Assembly: GCA_963700985.1 (NCBI GenBank)
Contig: OY969554.1
Span: 768,001-832,000, forward strand
Length of the DNA stretch: 64,000 bases
Direction: 5' to 3'
Source: an uncultured Chlamydiales bacterium
GTDB lineage: Bacteria > Chlamydiota > Chlamydiia > Chlamydiales > Rhabdochlamydiaceae
Positions within the stretch are counted from its first letter, which is position 1. Every line of letters starts with the position of its first letter. Position numbers and translations under genes: made by a program. The notes under the pieces were generated by a model, which worked only from the letters and a program-made list of their open reading frames with translations, was not told the DNA's origin and ran no database searches. Positions 1 to 8,787 of this stretch are shown here, piece after piece.

Positions 1-1361
1 CCTACAATTCAAACCCCAGTTTAGATAACTATTATCTCGATGGAAGTTTGGCCACATTAGATCTGGCTTCAGGAAAGATCACGCCTTGGGAAAAAAAAGG
101 GGAAAAAAAAGCCTATTATGAAGCGCTGCCGCGCTTCTCTCCAGATGGTAAATGGGTGGCCTATCTCAGCGCTGACTCAACGGAGAAGTATGCCTTACTT
201 AGAAAGGTAACCATACGCTCTGCGGATGGGAAAAATTTCCAGCAGCTGGCACCAAATGCTATCGAAGGGCCTCTTTTAGCCGGTCCCAGCCTTTTGGGGT
301 GGACTTCAGATAGCAAAAATGTGCTCTTCTACGAACCGAAGTGCACAAAATTTAGAATCGTAAGCTTATCTCTGGATGGTGTTTCCACAACTGACCTTGA
401 AGTTGATGAATATTTCATTAAAGAGCCGGTATTGAGCCCCGACCGCAGCCTACTCGGATTCGTCTATCAAGCCCCCTCCATTCCACCTGAAGTGTATATT
501 GCTAAACTGAACGAATTCAAACCTCACCAAGTTTCGCATCTCAACGATGCATTCCTGTCGTATCCGGAATTTAAAACTGAGTCAGTGCATTGGAAGTCGA
601 AGGATGGCTTAGAAATCGAAGGCCTGCTCACTTTCCCTCCCAATTACCAGAAAGGTAAAACCTATCCTTTACTACTCGTGATCCATGGCGGGCCTCAATC
701 TTTCTTCGATCAGACCTATTTAGGCATGTCTGCTGTTTATCCTCTCGCAGCTTTTGCTCAGCAAGGCTTTTTGATTTTCAGACCCAATCCGCGCGGTTCA
801 TGCGGTTATGGAAAAGCTTTCCGCTGTGCGAATTACAATGATTGGGGCGGCAAAGATTTTGAAGATATTATGTCGGGTGTGGATGCTCTGATCAGCCAAG
901 GCATCGCCGATAAAAACCGCACTGGAATTATGGGCTGGAGCTATGGAGGTTTTATGACTGCCTGGACTATTACCCAGACAGGACGCTTTAAAGCAGCATC
1001 CATGGGCGCGGGCCTAAGTAACCTGATTAGCATGTCCGGCACAACTGATCTAGTCAGTTTTATATCGGACTACTTCAGCGGTGAATTCTGGCAAAAATCT
1101 GAGCTCTTTCAAAAACGCTCGCCTGTCTATCATGTGCAGAATGTAACCACGCCTTGCCTTATTCAACATGGAACTGATGACAAGCGCGTGCCTGTTGCCC
1201 AAGCCTATGAATTTTATCATGCACTTGACAGGGCTGGGAAAAATCCCCTGTTGGTTCTCTATCCCGGTATGAACCACCGCATCTTCGATCCCAAAATGCT
1301 GCTCGAAGCCATGGAGCGCAACTTAGCCTGGTTCCAAAAACATCTCAGTGCTGAGAATTGA
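1..1361 (+). CDS. S9 family (prolyl oligopeptidase/acylaminoacyl peptidase-like) serine peptidase, 5'-truncated by window edge
   Basis: Beta-propeller-type PRFSPDGKWVAY repeat, IHGGP, nucleophile GWSYGG, HGTDDKRV Asp and GMNH His; the frame is open back to position 3. Confidence 0.9.
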   Translation, partial: YNSNPSLDNYYLDGSLATLDLASGKITPWEKKGEKKAYYEALPRFSPDGKWVAYLSADSTEKYALLRKVTIRSADGKNFQQLAPNAIEGPLLAGPSLLGWTSDSKNVLFYEPKCTKFRIVSLSLDGVSTTDLEVDEYFIKEPVLSPDRSLLGFVYQAPSIPPEVYIAKLNEFKPHQVSHLNDAFLSYPEFKTESVHWKSKDGLEIEGLLTFPPNYQKGKTYPLLLVIHGGPQSFFDQTYLGMSAVYPLAAFAQQGFLIFRPNPRGSCGYGKAFRCANYNDWGGKDFEDIMSGVDALISQGIADKNRTGIMGWSYGGFMTAWTITQTGRFKAASMGAGLSNLISMSGTTDLVSFISDYFSGEFWQKSELFQKRSPVYHVQNVTTPCLIQHGTDDKRVPVAQAYEFYHALDRAGKNPLLVLYPGMNHRIFDPKMLLEAMERNLAWFQKHLSAEN

Positions 1362-2253
1362 TGAGTTCTTCGATCCAATAGGCAAGGTACTCTTTACCTC
1401 GGATCTTGAGGAGCCAGCTTTCTGGGATTCCTTGGACACCGAAATGTGCTCCGAGCCAGGCGCCGAGCATGCCGCCGCGTCCTGCGCTGTCGCCGCCTGC
1501 GCGTACGTTAGTGAGCAGCGTCTTCTCGAAAGAGCTCTCGCTATGCAAAGCTAAAAAGACTGCTCCAGGAAAGGTGTCGCTAAGGTGGCAGGTCAGACCA
1601 AACTTCTGCAAAACTTCAAGCGGTGCCTTATCTTTTGAATTTAGTGCTGCTTGAATACTCTGGCCTGCAATAGGATCCTTACTCTCTTTTTCAAAACTTT
1701 CGCGCAAGCTCCCGCCTTTAAGCAAGCTTTCTAAAATACGTGCGTTGCATTGCATATATCCGATTGCTTTCGGGTTGTTTTGACTGACTGCTGTCGCTTC
1801 AAGAACCTTGTTCTTAAGTTCTGGGCTGCCTAAATAAAATGCCACTAGTGGTGCAAGACGTGATGCCGTGGCCATCTCATCATCATCCGTGCCAGATGGA
1901 AGCAGATTGCGTGCCATGTTTTCTAATGTGCCACGCGTTGCGGAGTCGAGATAGCCTTTATAAAAAGGCGATCCAAAAATCCCTTTAAAGCGCTTGGAAA
2001 AATCTGCCACCTCGAACTGCTTACGTTCGGCAATAGACATGAGCATCATACGGCAGCCTTCGCCATAATGCGTCGAATCACCACTGACTTTCCCTGCGTG
2101 GTAATGGCCAGCTTTAGGTGTTTCAAAACCCTTGATCTCAGGGAATTCTTGTCTCATCTTCTCTGCATCATAGATCCAATGTGCACCCAATGCCACGGCA
2201 TCGCCTACCAGCTGTCCCCAAATCGCGCCTTTAATCCGCTCTCTCTTATCCAT
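1345..2253 (-). CDS. ADP-ribosylglycohydrolase family protein
   Basis: RIKGAIWGQLVGDAVA N-terminus and GGDSAGRG..LGAWLGAHFGVQGIPESW C-terminus typical of the DraG/ARH family. Confidence 0.85.
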   Translation of the reverse strand: MDKRERIKGAIWGQLVGDAVALGAHWIYDAEKMRQEFPEIKGFETPKAGHYHAGKVSGDSTHYGEGCRMMLMSIAERKQFEVADFSKRFKGIFGSPFYKGYLDSATRGTLENMARNLLPSGTDDDEMATASRLAPLVAFYLGSPELKNKVLEATAVSQNNPKAIGYMQCNARILESLLKGGSLRESFEKESKDPIAGQSIQAALNSKDKAPLEVLQKFGLTCHLSDTFPGAVFLALHSESSFEKTLLTNVRAGGDSAGRGGMLGAWLGAHFGVQGIPESWLLKIRGKEYLAYWIEELINSQH

Positions 2254-2311
2254 AAACTAAACCTAGCCTCACTAAAATATTGTAGTAATTCTTGCCCAAA
2301 AGACCTAATCA

Positions 2312-2428
2312 AACCACAGAGGCACAGTGAACACAGAGGAAAAAACAATACCCTCTCGGCTTCGCTGAGGTTTGCGAGGCCGGAGAATGTCCTTTTCTTA
2401 ACTCTGTGTTCTCTGTGCCTCTGTGGTT
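2312..2428. repeat. Palindromic element with CACAGAG-type (8-9 nt period) inverted arms and an inner hairpin
   Basis: aaccacagaggcacagtgaacacagag (2312-2338) matches the reverse complement of 2402-2428 at 26/27 positions; inner hairpin tctcggcttcgc...gcgaggccggaga. Confidence 0.85.
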
Positions 2429-2549
2429 AAATTCTTTCTAGTGTGCACCCAAGCCACTAATCCGCTCTTTCTTATCCATAAAAAACCCCTATTTTTTAAC
2501 CGCTTTGCAGACTATCATAAGGCATTCAAAAGAGCTTATAAAAAATACT

Positions 2550-4152
2550 ATGACGACTGACCAAGACTCCATCCGCGAAGCCGTAGCTAAACGGCGCACC
2601 TTTGCCATCATCAGCCACCCCGATGCTGGTAAAACCACCTTAACCGAGAAGCTCCTGCTCTATTCAGGCATGATCCATACCGCGGGTATGGTAAAAGGCC
2701 GAAAAGGCCGTAAAGCAGCAGCTTCTGATTGGATGGCCATGGAACAAGAGAGAGGGATTTCGATCACCTCATCCGCCATGCAGTTCACCTACAAAGACAC
2801 CATCATCAACGTCTTGGACACACCTGGCCACGAAGACTTCTCAGAAGACACCTATCGCACCTTAACAGCCGCAGACTGCGCCATCATGGTGATCGATGCT
2901 TCAAAAGGCGTGGAAAAGCAGACCCGTAAACTCTTTGAAGTATGTCGCCTGCGAAAAATTCCTGTGCTCACCTTCATCAATAAAATGGATATGCCCGGCC
3001 GCGAGCCGCTTGAGCTGATGAACGAAGTAGAAAATGTGCTGCAAATTCACTCGTATGCGATGAATTGGCCAATTGGCAGCAGCAAAGAGTTTCAAGGCGT
3101 GGTCGATCGTGCGACAAATGAGGCTATATTCTTCACTAAAATCTCGCACGGCGGCGCACATAAAGCCGACATCTCGCGCCTGCCCTTAAATAGCGCAGAA
3201 GCCAAAGCGCGCATCGGTGAAGAGCAGTATAAAACAACTCATGGATGAGTTGGATCTTTTGGAATTGGCGGGCAACCCCTTTGCGCGCGATGAGTTTCTT
3301 TCAGGAGATGTGACTCCCGTCTTCTTTGCCTCGGCGCTCACCAACTTCGGAATTGAGCCTTTTTTCGACGCCTTTATTCACCTGGCCCCCTGCCCTCATT
3401 CACGCATGGCAAATCGCCTCGATGGAACAGAAATCGAGATCGACCCTGTAACTACACCCTTCAGCGGCTATGTATTTAAATTACAAGCCAACATGGATCG
3501 CCGTCATCGCGACAGCATGGCCTTCATCCGCATCTGTTCTGGACGTTTTGAACGTGACCTCGTGGTAAAAAATCAACGCCTGGGCCGAGAAATTCGCCTG
3601 TCACGTCCGCATGGAATGGTAGCCGGCGAAAGAACTACGCTCGATTTTGCCTATCCCGGCGATGTGATTGGCGTGATTAACCCTTCGCTCTTTGCCATCG
3701 GCGATACGATTTCAATTACGGGAGGCTTTACTTACAAACCCCTTCCCCAATTCCAGCCAGAGATCTTTGCACGCCTTCATCCCAAAGATGTAGGCAAACG
3801 AAAATCATTCGATAAAGGCATTTTGCAGCTCGTGGATGAAGGCGCCATCCAAATGCTAAAATCAGCCGATCGCGATGGGGATTTAATTTTTGCAGCCGTG
3901 GGCCAACTGCAGTTCGAAGTGATGCAATACCGTTTAAAAGATGAGTATGGCGTCGAGACGGTGCTCACACTCCTCCCCTACCATTGCAGCGCCTGGATTC
4001 TTGGAGACATTAAAACTTTTGTGAAATCTACCGACTCCAAAGTTGTGCAAGACAGACAAAACCGGCCGATGGTGCTCTTTACCAGCCAGTGGGAAAAACA
4101 GTACAGCATCAAGCAGAACCCTAAGTTGGAATTTGTCGACGTATTGGTTTAA
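2550..4152 (+). pseudogene. prfC: Peptide chain release factor 3, split by a +1 frameshift at ~3231-3234 (pseudogene, assembly error or recoding)
   Basis: ORF1 has [36 protein letters not shown] and NKMD; ORF2 continues with TPVFFASALTNFG, FKLQANMD..HRD and AVGQLQFEV; removing one A from TAT-AAAA-CAA fuses them. Confidence 0.9.
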
Positions 4153-4173
4153 GACTGCTTCTAAGGCAAAAAT

Positions 4174-4524
4174 ATGACACTTGAAGATAAAGTCAGAGCA
4201 TACAAAGAACTCCGCAGAAAAATCGAAGAGCTTGAAGAGCAGAAAAAACCACTTATCGAAGAGATCCTGCAACTTATGCCTGCCGATGCTAAGACGTTGC
4301 AAGTGGCTGGTTATCAGGTAAAACGCATGGTTCGCATCTCGATTCGAACCTCTCTGGAAACCGCCAAACTATTCGATTCTACCAAAATGGAAGAGGTCGT
4401 CGATAAAGAGCGGCTCAAACTGCTCTTTGAACAAGGCCATCCCATTCCCGATGTCACTCAAACTCAATTCATCAATGTAACCAAAATCAAAGAAGCTGAG
4501 AAAGCTCCTCAAGCAGATTTTTAA
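4174..4524 (+). CDS. Hypothetical protein, N-terminal coiled coil, weak resemblance to phage Gp157-like proteins
   Basis: 116-aa ORF with ATG start; VDKERLKLLFEQGHPIPDV segment. Confidence 0.55.
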   Translation: MTLEDKVRAYKELRRKIEELEEQKKPLIEEILQLMPADAKTLQVAGYQVKRMVRISIRTSLETAKLFDSTKMEEVVDKERLKLLFEQGHPIPDVTQTQFINVTKIKEAEKAPQADF

Positions 4525-4544
4525 AGCAGAATTAAACAAGAAAG

Positions 4545-5168
4545 CTATTCGCTTTTGCGAAGAGGCACGACAATTGCCTCACCCGTGTCAATAGAGACAT
4601 CTTGGCCGGATGCGATCTCGATTAGATCATCTGCAGGCATGGCATGCGTCACAACGAGGATGTTACCGCTAGTGTATTGTTTAACAATAGAGTTGTAGAA
4701 CCCTTGGATGCGGCTCATAAGGTGTTCTGCCGATTCTACACGGTATTTTTTCGTGTAGGAAGGCTGCCAGGTAGGAAACACTGGTTTGCCTTCGAGATCT
4801 CCCATTTGGATCTCAATTAGACGTTTATCAATCATGATCTTGTCTCTGGAAATAAGCCCTTCTTGCGCCAAGATGTCAGCAGTCTGTTTTGCACGAGGTA
4901 GAGGCGAAACAAAAACGGCCACGATATTTTCAGGATTAAACCCTTGTGAGAGCAGATTTTGCGCCGTCCGCACTACTTGCTGTTTACCTTTGGCAGTTAA
5001 GCTAACTAGCATGTAGTTGGGATGATCAGGATTGGAGTTATATACTCCCTCTGTATTGTTCACAGCTTCTCCATGACGAACTACAATTAGTTGTTGGATC
5101 TGCGCTTCTTGAGAAAATCCCTGAGTTGATGCAAATAGACTCAATATGAAAACCCAGAAATAACGCAT
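4545..5168 (-). CDS. Histidine phosphatase (phosphoglycerate mutase-like) family protein with signal peptide
   Basis: VVRHGE, SPLPRAKQTA and LVVTH motifs; hydrophobic leader from ATG 5168. Confidence 0.85.
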   Translation of the reverse strand: MRYFWVFILSLFASTQGFSQEAQIQQLIVVRHGEAVNNTEGVYNSNPDHPNYMLVSLTAKGKQQVVRTAQNLLSQGFNPENIVAVFVSPLPRAKQTADILAQEGLISRDKIMIDKRLIEIQMGDLEGKPVFPTWQPSYTKKYRVESAEHLMSRIQGFYNSIVKQYTSGNILVVTHAMPADDLIEIASGQDVSIDTGEAIVVPLRKSE

Positions 5169-5279
5169 CGCCCCTCTCCAATACATAAAAGACTATACCT
5201 GCTTTGTACTTCTGGGTGGATTTCTTGTCACGGCTAACCTAAAGTTTTGTGTTAAATCGCATCTTGATCCAAGGGAAAA

Positions 5280-5555
5280 ATGGCTAAAAAAACAGAATGG
5301 AAAGTCTACATTATCCAAGCAGAGTCTGGAAAACTCTACACTGGGATAACGACTAACTTAGAACGTAGGCTTGGAGACCATAAGAAAGGGCGAAAAGGCG
5401 CACGATTTTTTCGCTTTTCTCCCGTGGGAAGCATCGTCTTTCATGAATCTCATCCCAATCGCTCGGAAGCAACCAAGAGAGAGATTCAGATCAAAAAATT
5501 AAGTCGAAAAGAGAAACTCAACTTAATTAAATACTTCCCGTCAGCAGTAAAATGA
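5280..5555 (+). CDS. GIY-YIG nuclease family protein (YhbQ/YazA-like)
   Basis: VYIIQ..SGKLYTGITTNLERR..H..GA.F...RSEATKRE.QIKKL. Confidence 0.85.
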   Translation: MAKKTEWKVYIIQAESGKLYTGITTNLERRLGDHKKGRKGARFFRFSPVGSIVFHESHPNRSEATKREIQIKKLSRKEKLNLIKYFPSAVK

Positions 5556-5654
5556 TGATGATGATCAATACGATATCCAAAAGACCTGATTGACTCAGGT
5601 CAAACCTACAAGTAACAATCAATCTTATTCTTAAAAACGTGTGTAAACGGAGAA

Positions 5655-6143
5655 TTAATGCAGCTTTCTCGTCTTCTTTAAATGCTCATATTCTGCCCAA
5701 ATCACCAGGATTACAAGCGCATCAAACGCATTGAATAGCCAGAGAAAAAGCGAAGGAGAATAGAACATTTGCACGACTTGATAAACGAGCAATGCGAATA
5801 AAAACACCAGAGCGTAAGGAAATGCTCTTTTAATCCTTAAAAATAGACTTCCTGCAATGACAATTTTAATAAAACCATTGCAGACCAAAACCACGATTAT
5901 GAAGTTCTTGATATCCGTCTCAAATACTTTTGAGGCTGCATTTGCAAGTTTATGGAAAGTGTGGTTAGAGATGTTGAGAACGTTGTAGTGTGAGATCTTA
6001 GATATTAAATTTAGCAGGTGCTCTTTTTTTAAAAAGATAAAAGCCAATCCACCTGCAAGTTCGAAAAGACCATCGATGCCTTTTATGATCATTGACAAGT
6101 TGAAAAGAACTTGAAATAGCTTCTGCTTAGACCGATTTTTCAT
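5655..6143 (-). CDS. Membrane protein, DUF2127-like
   Basis: Four hydrophobic segments; KGIDGLFEL.GG and D..VI..IW.EY motifs; start placed at ATG 6143. Confidence 0.6.
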   Translation of the reverse strand: MKNRSKQKLFQVLFNLSMIIKGIDGLFELAGGLAFIFLKKEHLLNLISKISHYNVLNISNHTFHKLANAASKVFETDIKNFIIVVLVCNGFIKIVIAGSLFLRIKRAFPYALVFLFALLVYQVVQMFYSPSLFLWLFNAFDALVILVIWAEYEHLKKTRKLH

Positions 6144-6270
6144 TTTGCGCCCTTGCTGCATTCTTCCATATCGCATACTCGTGAACAATGCAACCAAAAC
6201 ACAAAACTATTAACTTGCGAGGAAATTTCTAAAAGCTAAGGATGAGATTAGGGACACAAGGAGAGATAGC

Positions 6271-6420
6271 ATGATTCGCAAGCTTAGATCAGGAGAATAT
6301 CGCTTATATTCTCGTAAAATAAATCCAAAAACAGGAAAGCGCCGCAATCTAGGTACGTTTAGTACAAGAGCAGGCGCTGAAAAACATGAGCGCGAAGTTC
6401 AGTACTTCAAACATCATTAA
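6271..6420 (+). CDS. Small basic 49-aa protein absent from the ORF track (MIRKLRSGEYRLYSRKINPKTGKRRNLGTFSTRAGAEKHEREVQYFKHH)
   Basis: AAGGAG Shine-Dalgarno upstream of ATG 6271, TAA at 6418-6420; resembles a small conserved hypothetical family I recall from diverse bacteria. Confidence 0.75.
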   Translation: MIRKLRSGEYRLYSRKINPKTGKRRNLGTFSTRAGAEKHEREVQYFKHH

Positions 6421-6425
6421 ATCAC

Positions 6426-6614
6426 TTATTTGCTCGTGCTCTTTTTAGGCACTTTTGCGCCTTTTTTTCTGGCTTCAGAAAGACCAATTGCAATAGCTTG
6501 TTTCCGGCTTTTCACTTTCTTTTTGCTCTTGCCAGATTTTAAAGTCCCCGCTTTCATTTTGTGCATTGCGGTCTTTACGCTTTTGGATGCTGCTTTTCCG
6601 TATTTTTTCGCCAT
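6426..6614 (-). CDS. Small Lys-rich protein, DUF6496-like
   Basis: MH.MK.GTLKSG....KVKSRKQAIAIGLSEARKKGAKVP signature; ATG 6614. Confidence 0.75.
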   Translation of the reverse strand: MAKKYGKAASKSVKTAMHKMKAGTLKSGKSKKKVKSRKQAIAIGLSEARKKGAKVPKKSTSK

Positions 6615-6796
6615 AAAATATCCTGTTAAATTTAGATCACACCGCAAATTTTTAAAATGATTAGCAAGCCGATTGGCACTCCAAGCAGCCACAAAATTAA
6701 CATCTTGCCTATAAACACACCTCTTTGTTGATACCGAATTCTGTTTTTTAGATATCAGGTTAGGACATTTATTAGGACGAGATTCTTATAAGAGGG

Positions 6797-7714
6797 CTAC
6801 TGAAGAATATCATTCAGTTGCGGCAATTTATGCAAAGATGAAGGCAATTCTAAGATATGATTTTCCCTGAGATTCAGCAGCGAAAGAAGCGATAAAGATC
6901 CGATTTCATCGGGAAGATATGTTAGCTGGTTTTTATTGAGCTGAAGACATAACAACTGTGTAAGCTCTCCTAAGCGCCTAGAAATACTTGTGAGTCGGTT
7001 TTGAGCAAGATGAAGCAATTCTAAACGTTTTAGCAACCATATCTCTTTAGGAAGATCTGTGAGCATATTAGCTTCGAGATACAGAAACTTTAGTCCTGTT
7101 AGAAGCCCAATTTGTGCAGGCAGCTGCCGCATACCAACATTCCTCAAAACGAGATCGCGAATTTGTTGCATCGCGCTGCCATTTATTTCCGACCAATTTT
7201 TCAAAGCTGCAGCTCGCACACATAAATCTCCTTCGGTTCTTTCTAAGATGGCTTTTGCAGAAGGTAGCTGTCGAGAAACTCCTCTAAAAAACGCCACAAA
7301 ATCTGCCGCCTCTGCAAATTTTGATAGCCTACAAGGATCGAGCGCATTAGGAATACCAGGTGTCGTACAACCACACTGTTTCAAACGCGCTAAAACAAGT
7401 GCATGTACAGCTTTAATCAGAGCTTCAGAATAGAGATCTGGAGCGCACTCTCTGAGATAAATTTTCAAAACGGGATCTCGCGTGTATGCATTCACGAGAA
7501 GTTGGTAGACTGCATCAGAAGTAATCGATGTAAGAGTCGCAAAGCCTTTCGATATCTGCGCAGTGATGTGCGGAGCACACAAAAATCCCAGAACCAGATT
7601 TGTTGGATCTATGCCAACTCGGCAAAAATTACCAGACAAAGTAACAACTGGCTTTTGCTCACATTCAGCACGAAATTTCTTAGATGAATCTGTCGCAGAA
7701 AGTCCGCATGCCAT
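6797..7714 (-). CDS. Leucine-rich repeat protein (putative effector)
   Basis: About five 23-aa LxxLxLxxNxLxxLPxxI repeats in the C-terminal half. Confidence 0.85.
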   Translation of the reverse strand: MACGLSATDSSKKFRAECEQKPVVTLSGNFCRVGIDPTNLVLGFLCAPHITAQISKGFATLTSITSDAVYQLLVNAYTRDPVLKIYLRECAPDLYSEALIKAVHALVLARLKQCGCTTPGIPNALDPCRLSKFAEAADFVAFFRGVSRQLPSAKAILERTEGDLCVRAAALKNWSEINGSAMQQIRDLVLRNVGMRQLPAQIGLLTGLKFLYLEANMLTDLPKEIWLLKRLELLHLAQNRLTSISRRLGELTQLLCLQLNKNQLTYLPDEIGSLSLLSLLNLRENHILELPSSLHKLPQLNDILQ

Positions 7715-7928
7715 TTTGCAAGTTCCTTAATTCAGAATTTTTAAATTGCAGAAACCTTAGCAAGATTGCAGTGCTTACGTCAAATAGATTGCACATGTTG
7801 CTGTCTTGCACAACTCACTAATCGTGTGTATTTGTGCGCGCAATTTTCTCTGCTTGTTTCGAAATCTGCAAAAAAAATAAAGTTCTGATCTGACTGTGAC
7901 AAGAAGCAAAAACAGGATATCTTCAAAG

Positions 7929-8468
7929 ATGACACTTCGATCTACAATTGCTAATCTCGCACCGATGGATGCTCAAGAAAAAGAGCAAATTGAATCTGTG
8001 TTAAGATGGATAGATTCTGATCGCGAAATATACCGCATATCAAAGCCTGCAACTCCGCCAATCCATTTAGCTGCATACTTTGTGCTGATCGATTCTGAAA
8101 AAAAACAAATCCTTTTGGCAAGACATAAAAAAGCTGCACACCTGTGGCTTCCAACCGGCGGACATGTAGAAAAAGAAGAGTCACCTCTTGAAACTGTAAT
8201 AAGAGAATGCGAAGAAGAATTGCGCATGCACGCAGAATTTCTGCAAGATGATCCTCTGTTCTTAAGCCTCACCAAAACGATCGGAGAAGCCGTTGAGCAC
8301 ACGCACATTTCGCTCTGGTATATTCTTAAAGCAAACGCTTCTTGTGATATCGACTTTGACAAAGAAGAGCTGCACGCTGTGCACTGGTTTGATTTAGATA
8401 AAATCCCCTTCGAACTTTCCTATCCAGACCTGCAGAAATTTTGCATTAAACTTGGAGCCATCTCTTAG
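7929..8468 (+). CDS. NUDIX hydrolase
   Basis: Nudix box GGHVEKEESPLETVIRECEEEL; start uncertain (GTG 7896 or ATG 7929). Confidence 0.85.
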   Translation: MTLRSTIANLAPMDAQEKEQIESVLRWIDSDREIYRISKPATPPIHLAAYFVLIDSEKKQILLARHKKAAHLWLPTGGHVEKEESPLETVIRECEEELRMHAEFLQDDPLFLSLTKTIGEAVEHTHISLWYILKANASCDIDFDKEELHAVHWFDLDKIPFELSYPDLQKFCIKLGAIS

Positions 8469-8684
8469 ATTTCTTCACAAATAGCGACCAAAGTCCATAT
8501 TGAGAAACCTTCCCCTATAACTCAATTTTATGCACAAACCTGAGTTATAGAATCATGTTCTATAACTCAAACTAAGAAAGACTTACTCTAACAGTCTGAT
8601 ATTAAGAATGTTAAGAAATAAAACCACCGCTATCACCACACAAACCATTTACTATCAGTTATTTAAATGATGATTTGGCTTAAA

Positions 8685-8746
8685 TGCGGAGAAAAAACCG
8701 ATTATTCTCCGCATTTTTGCGGAGAATATGATTGTTCCTGCGGAGA
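8685..8746. promoter_or_regulatory. Four TGCGGAGA boxes upstream of the Fic gene (putative operator)
   Basis: TGCGGAGA at 8685, 8718 and 8739; inverted TCTCCGCA at 8706. Confidence 0.55.
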
Positions 8747-8787
8747 TAACATGCTAAGATGAGAGAAACAGCTATAAAGCGCTTAAT

